From Eledone cirrhosa (taxonomy: Eukaryota), in assembly GCA_964016885.1 (NCBI GenBank), contig OZ024740.1, positions 192,758,001 through 192,822,000 on the forward strand: 64,000 bases of DNA, given 5' to 3'. The notes under the pieces are model-generated. The model was given only the letters and a program-made list of their open reading frames with translations, was not told where the DNA came from and searched no databases. Below are positions 63,981-64,000 of the stretch, piece after piece (the first letter of the stretch is position 1; each line of letters opens with the position of its first letter). Position numbers and translations under genes: made by a program.

Positions 63981-64000
63981 TAATTTTTATAATGTACTAG

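Overview
AT-rich, microsatellite-dense eukaryotic DNA, almost entirely transposon-derived. The SINE families resemble octopod cephalopod SINEs; this is recalled from memory, not checked by a search. No host gene could be identified with confidence. The window holds several Penelope-like elements (PLEs) of at least two types: a near full-length Neptune-type copy at 40.2-46.2 kb, and YRDD/CxC-linker (probably Hydra-clade) copies at 6.8-10.4, 10.5-14.1 and 22-25.5 kb. It also holds a full-length L1/Tx1-type LINE with a TSD, an R4/Dong-type fragment, RTE fragments, Helitrons, a mariner relic and tRNA-derived SINEs. The main signal is non-coding: about 15 well-formed minimal type-I hammerhead ribozyme (HHR) motifs from about 8 unrelated sequence families, plus several degenerate ones. 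Four observations stand out. (i) Three ORF-less, terminally redundant or tandem HHR elements look like retrozymes, with units of about 320, 465 and 642 nt. (ii) In the 465-nt element, the inversion junction falls on the predicted HHR cleavage site. (iii) Two unrelated HHR elements share an octamer/hairpin/TATA module about 100 nt upstream of the ribozyme core. (iv) The pseudo-LTRs of two different PLE clades both carry HHRs with the rare compensatory U3:A8 core (UUGAAAA). All RNA structures were folded by eye and none has been tested for activity.
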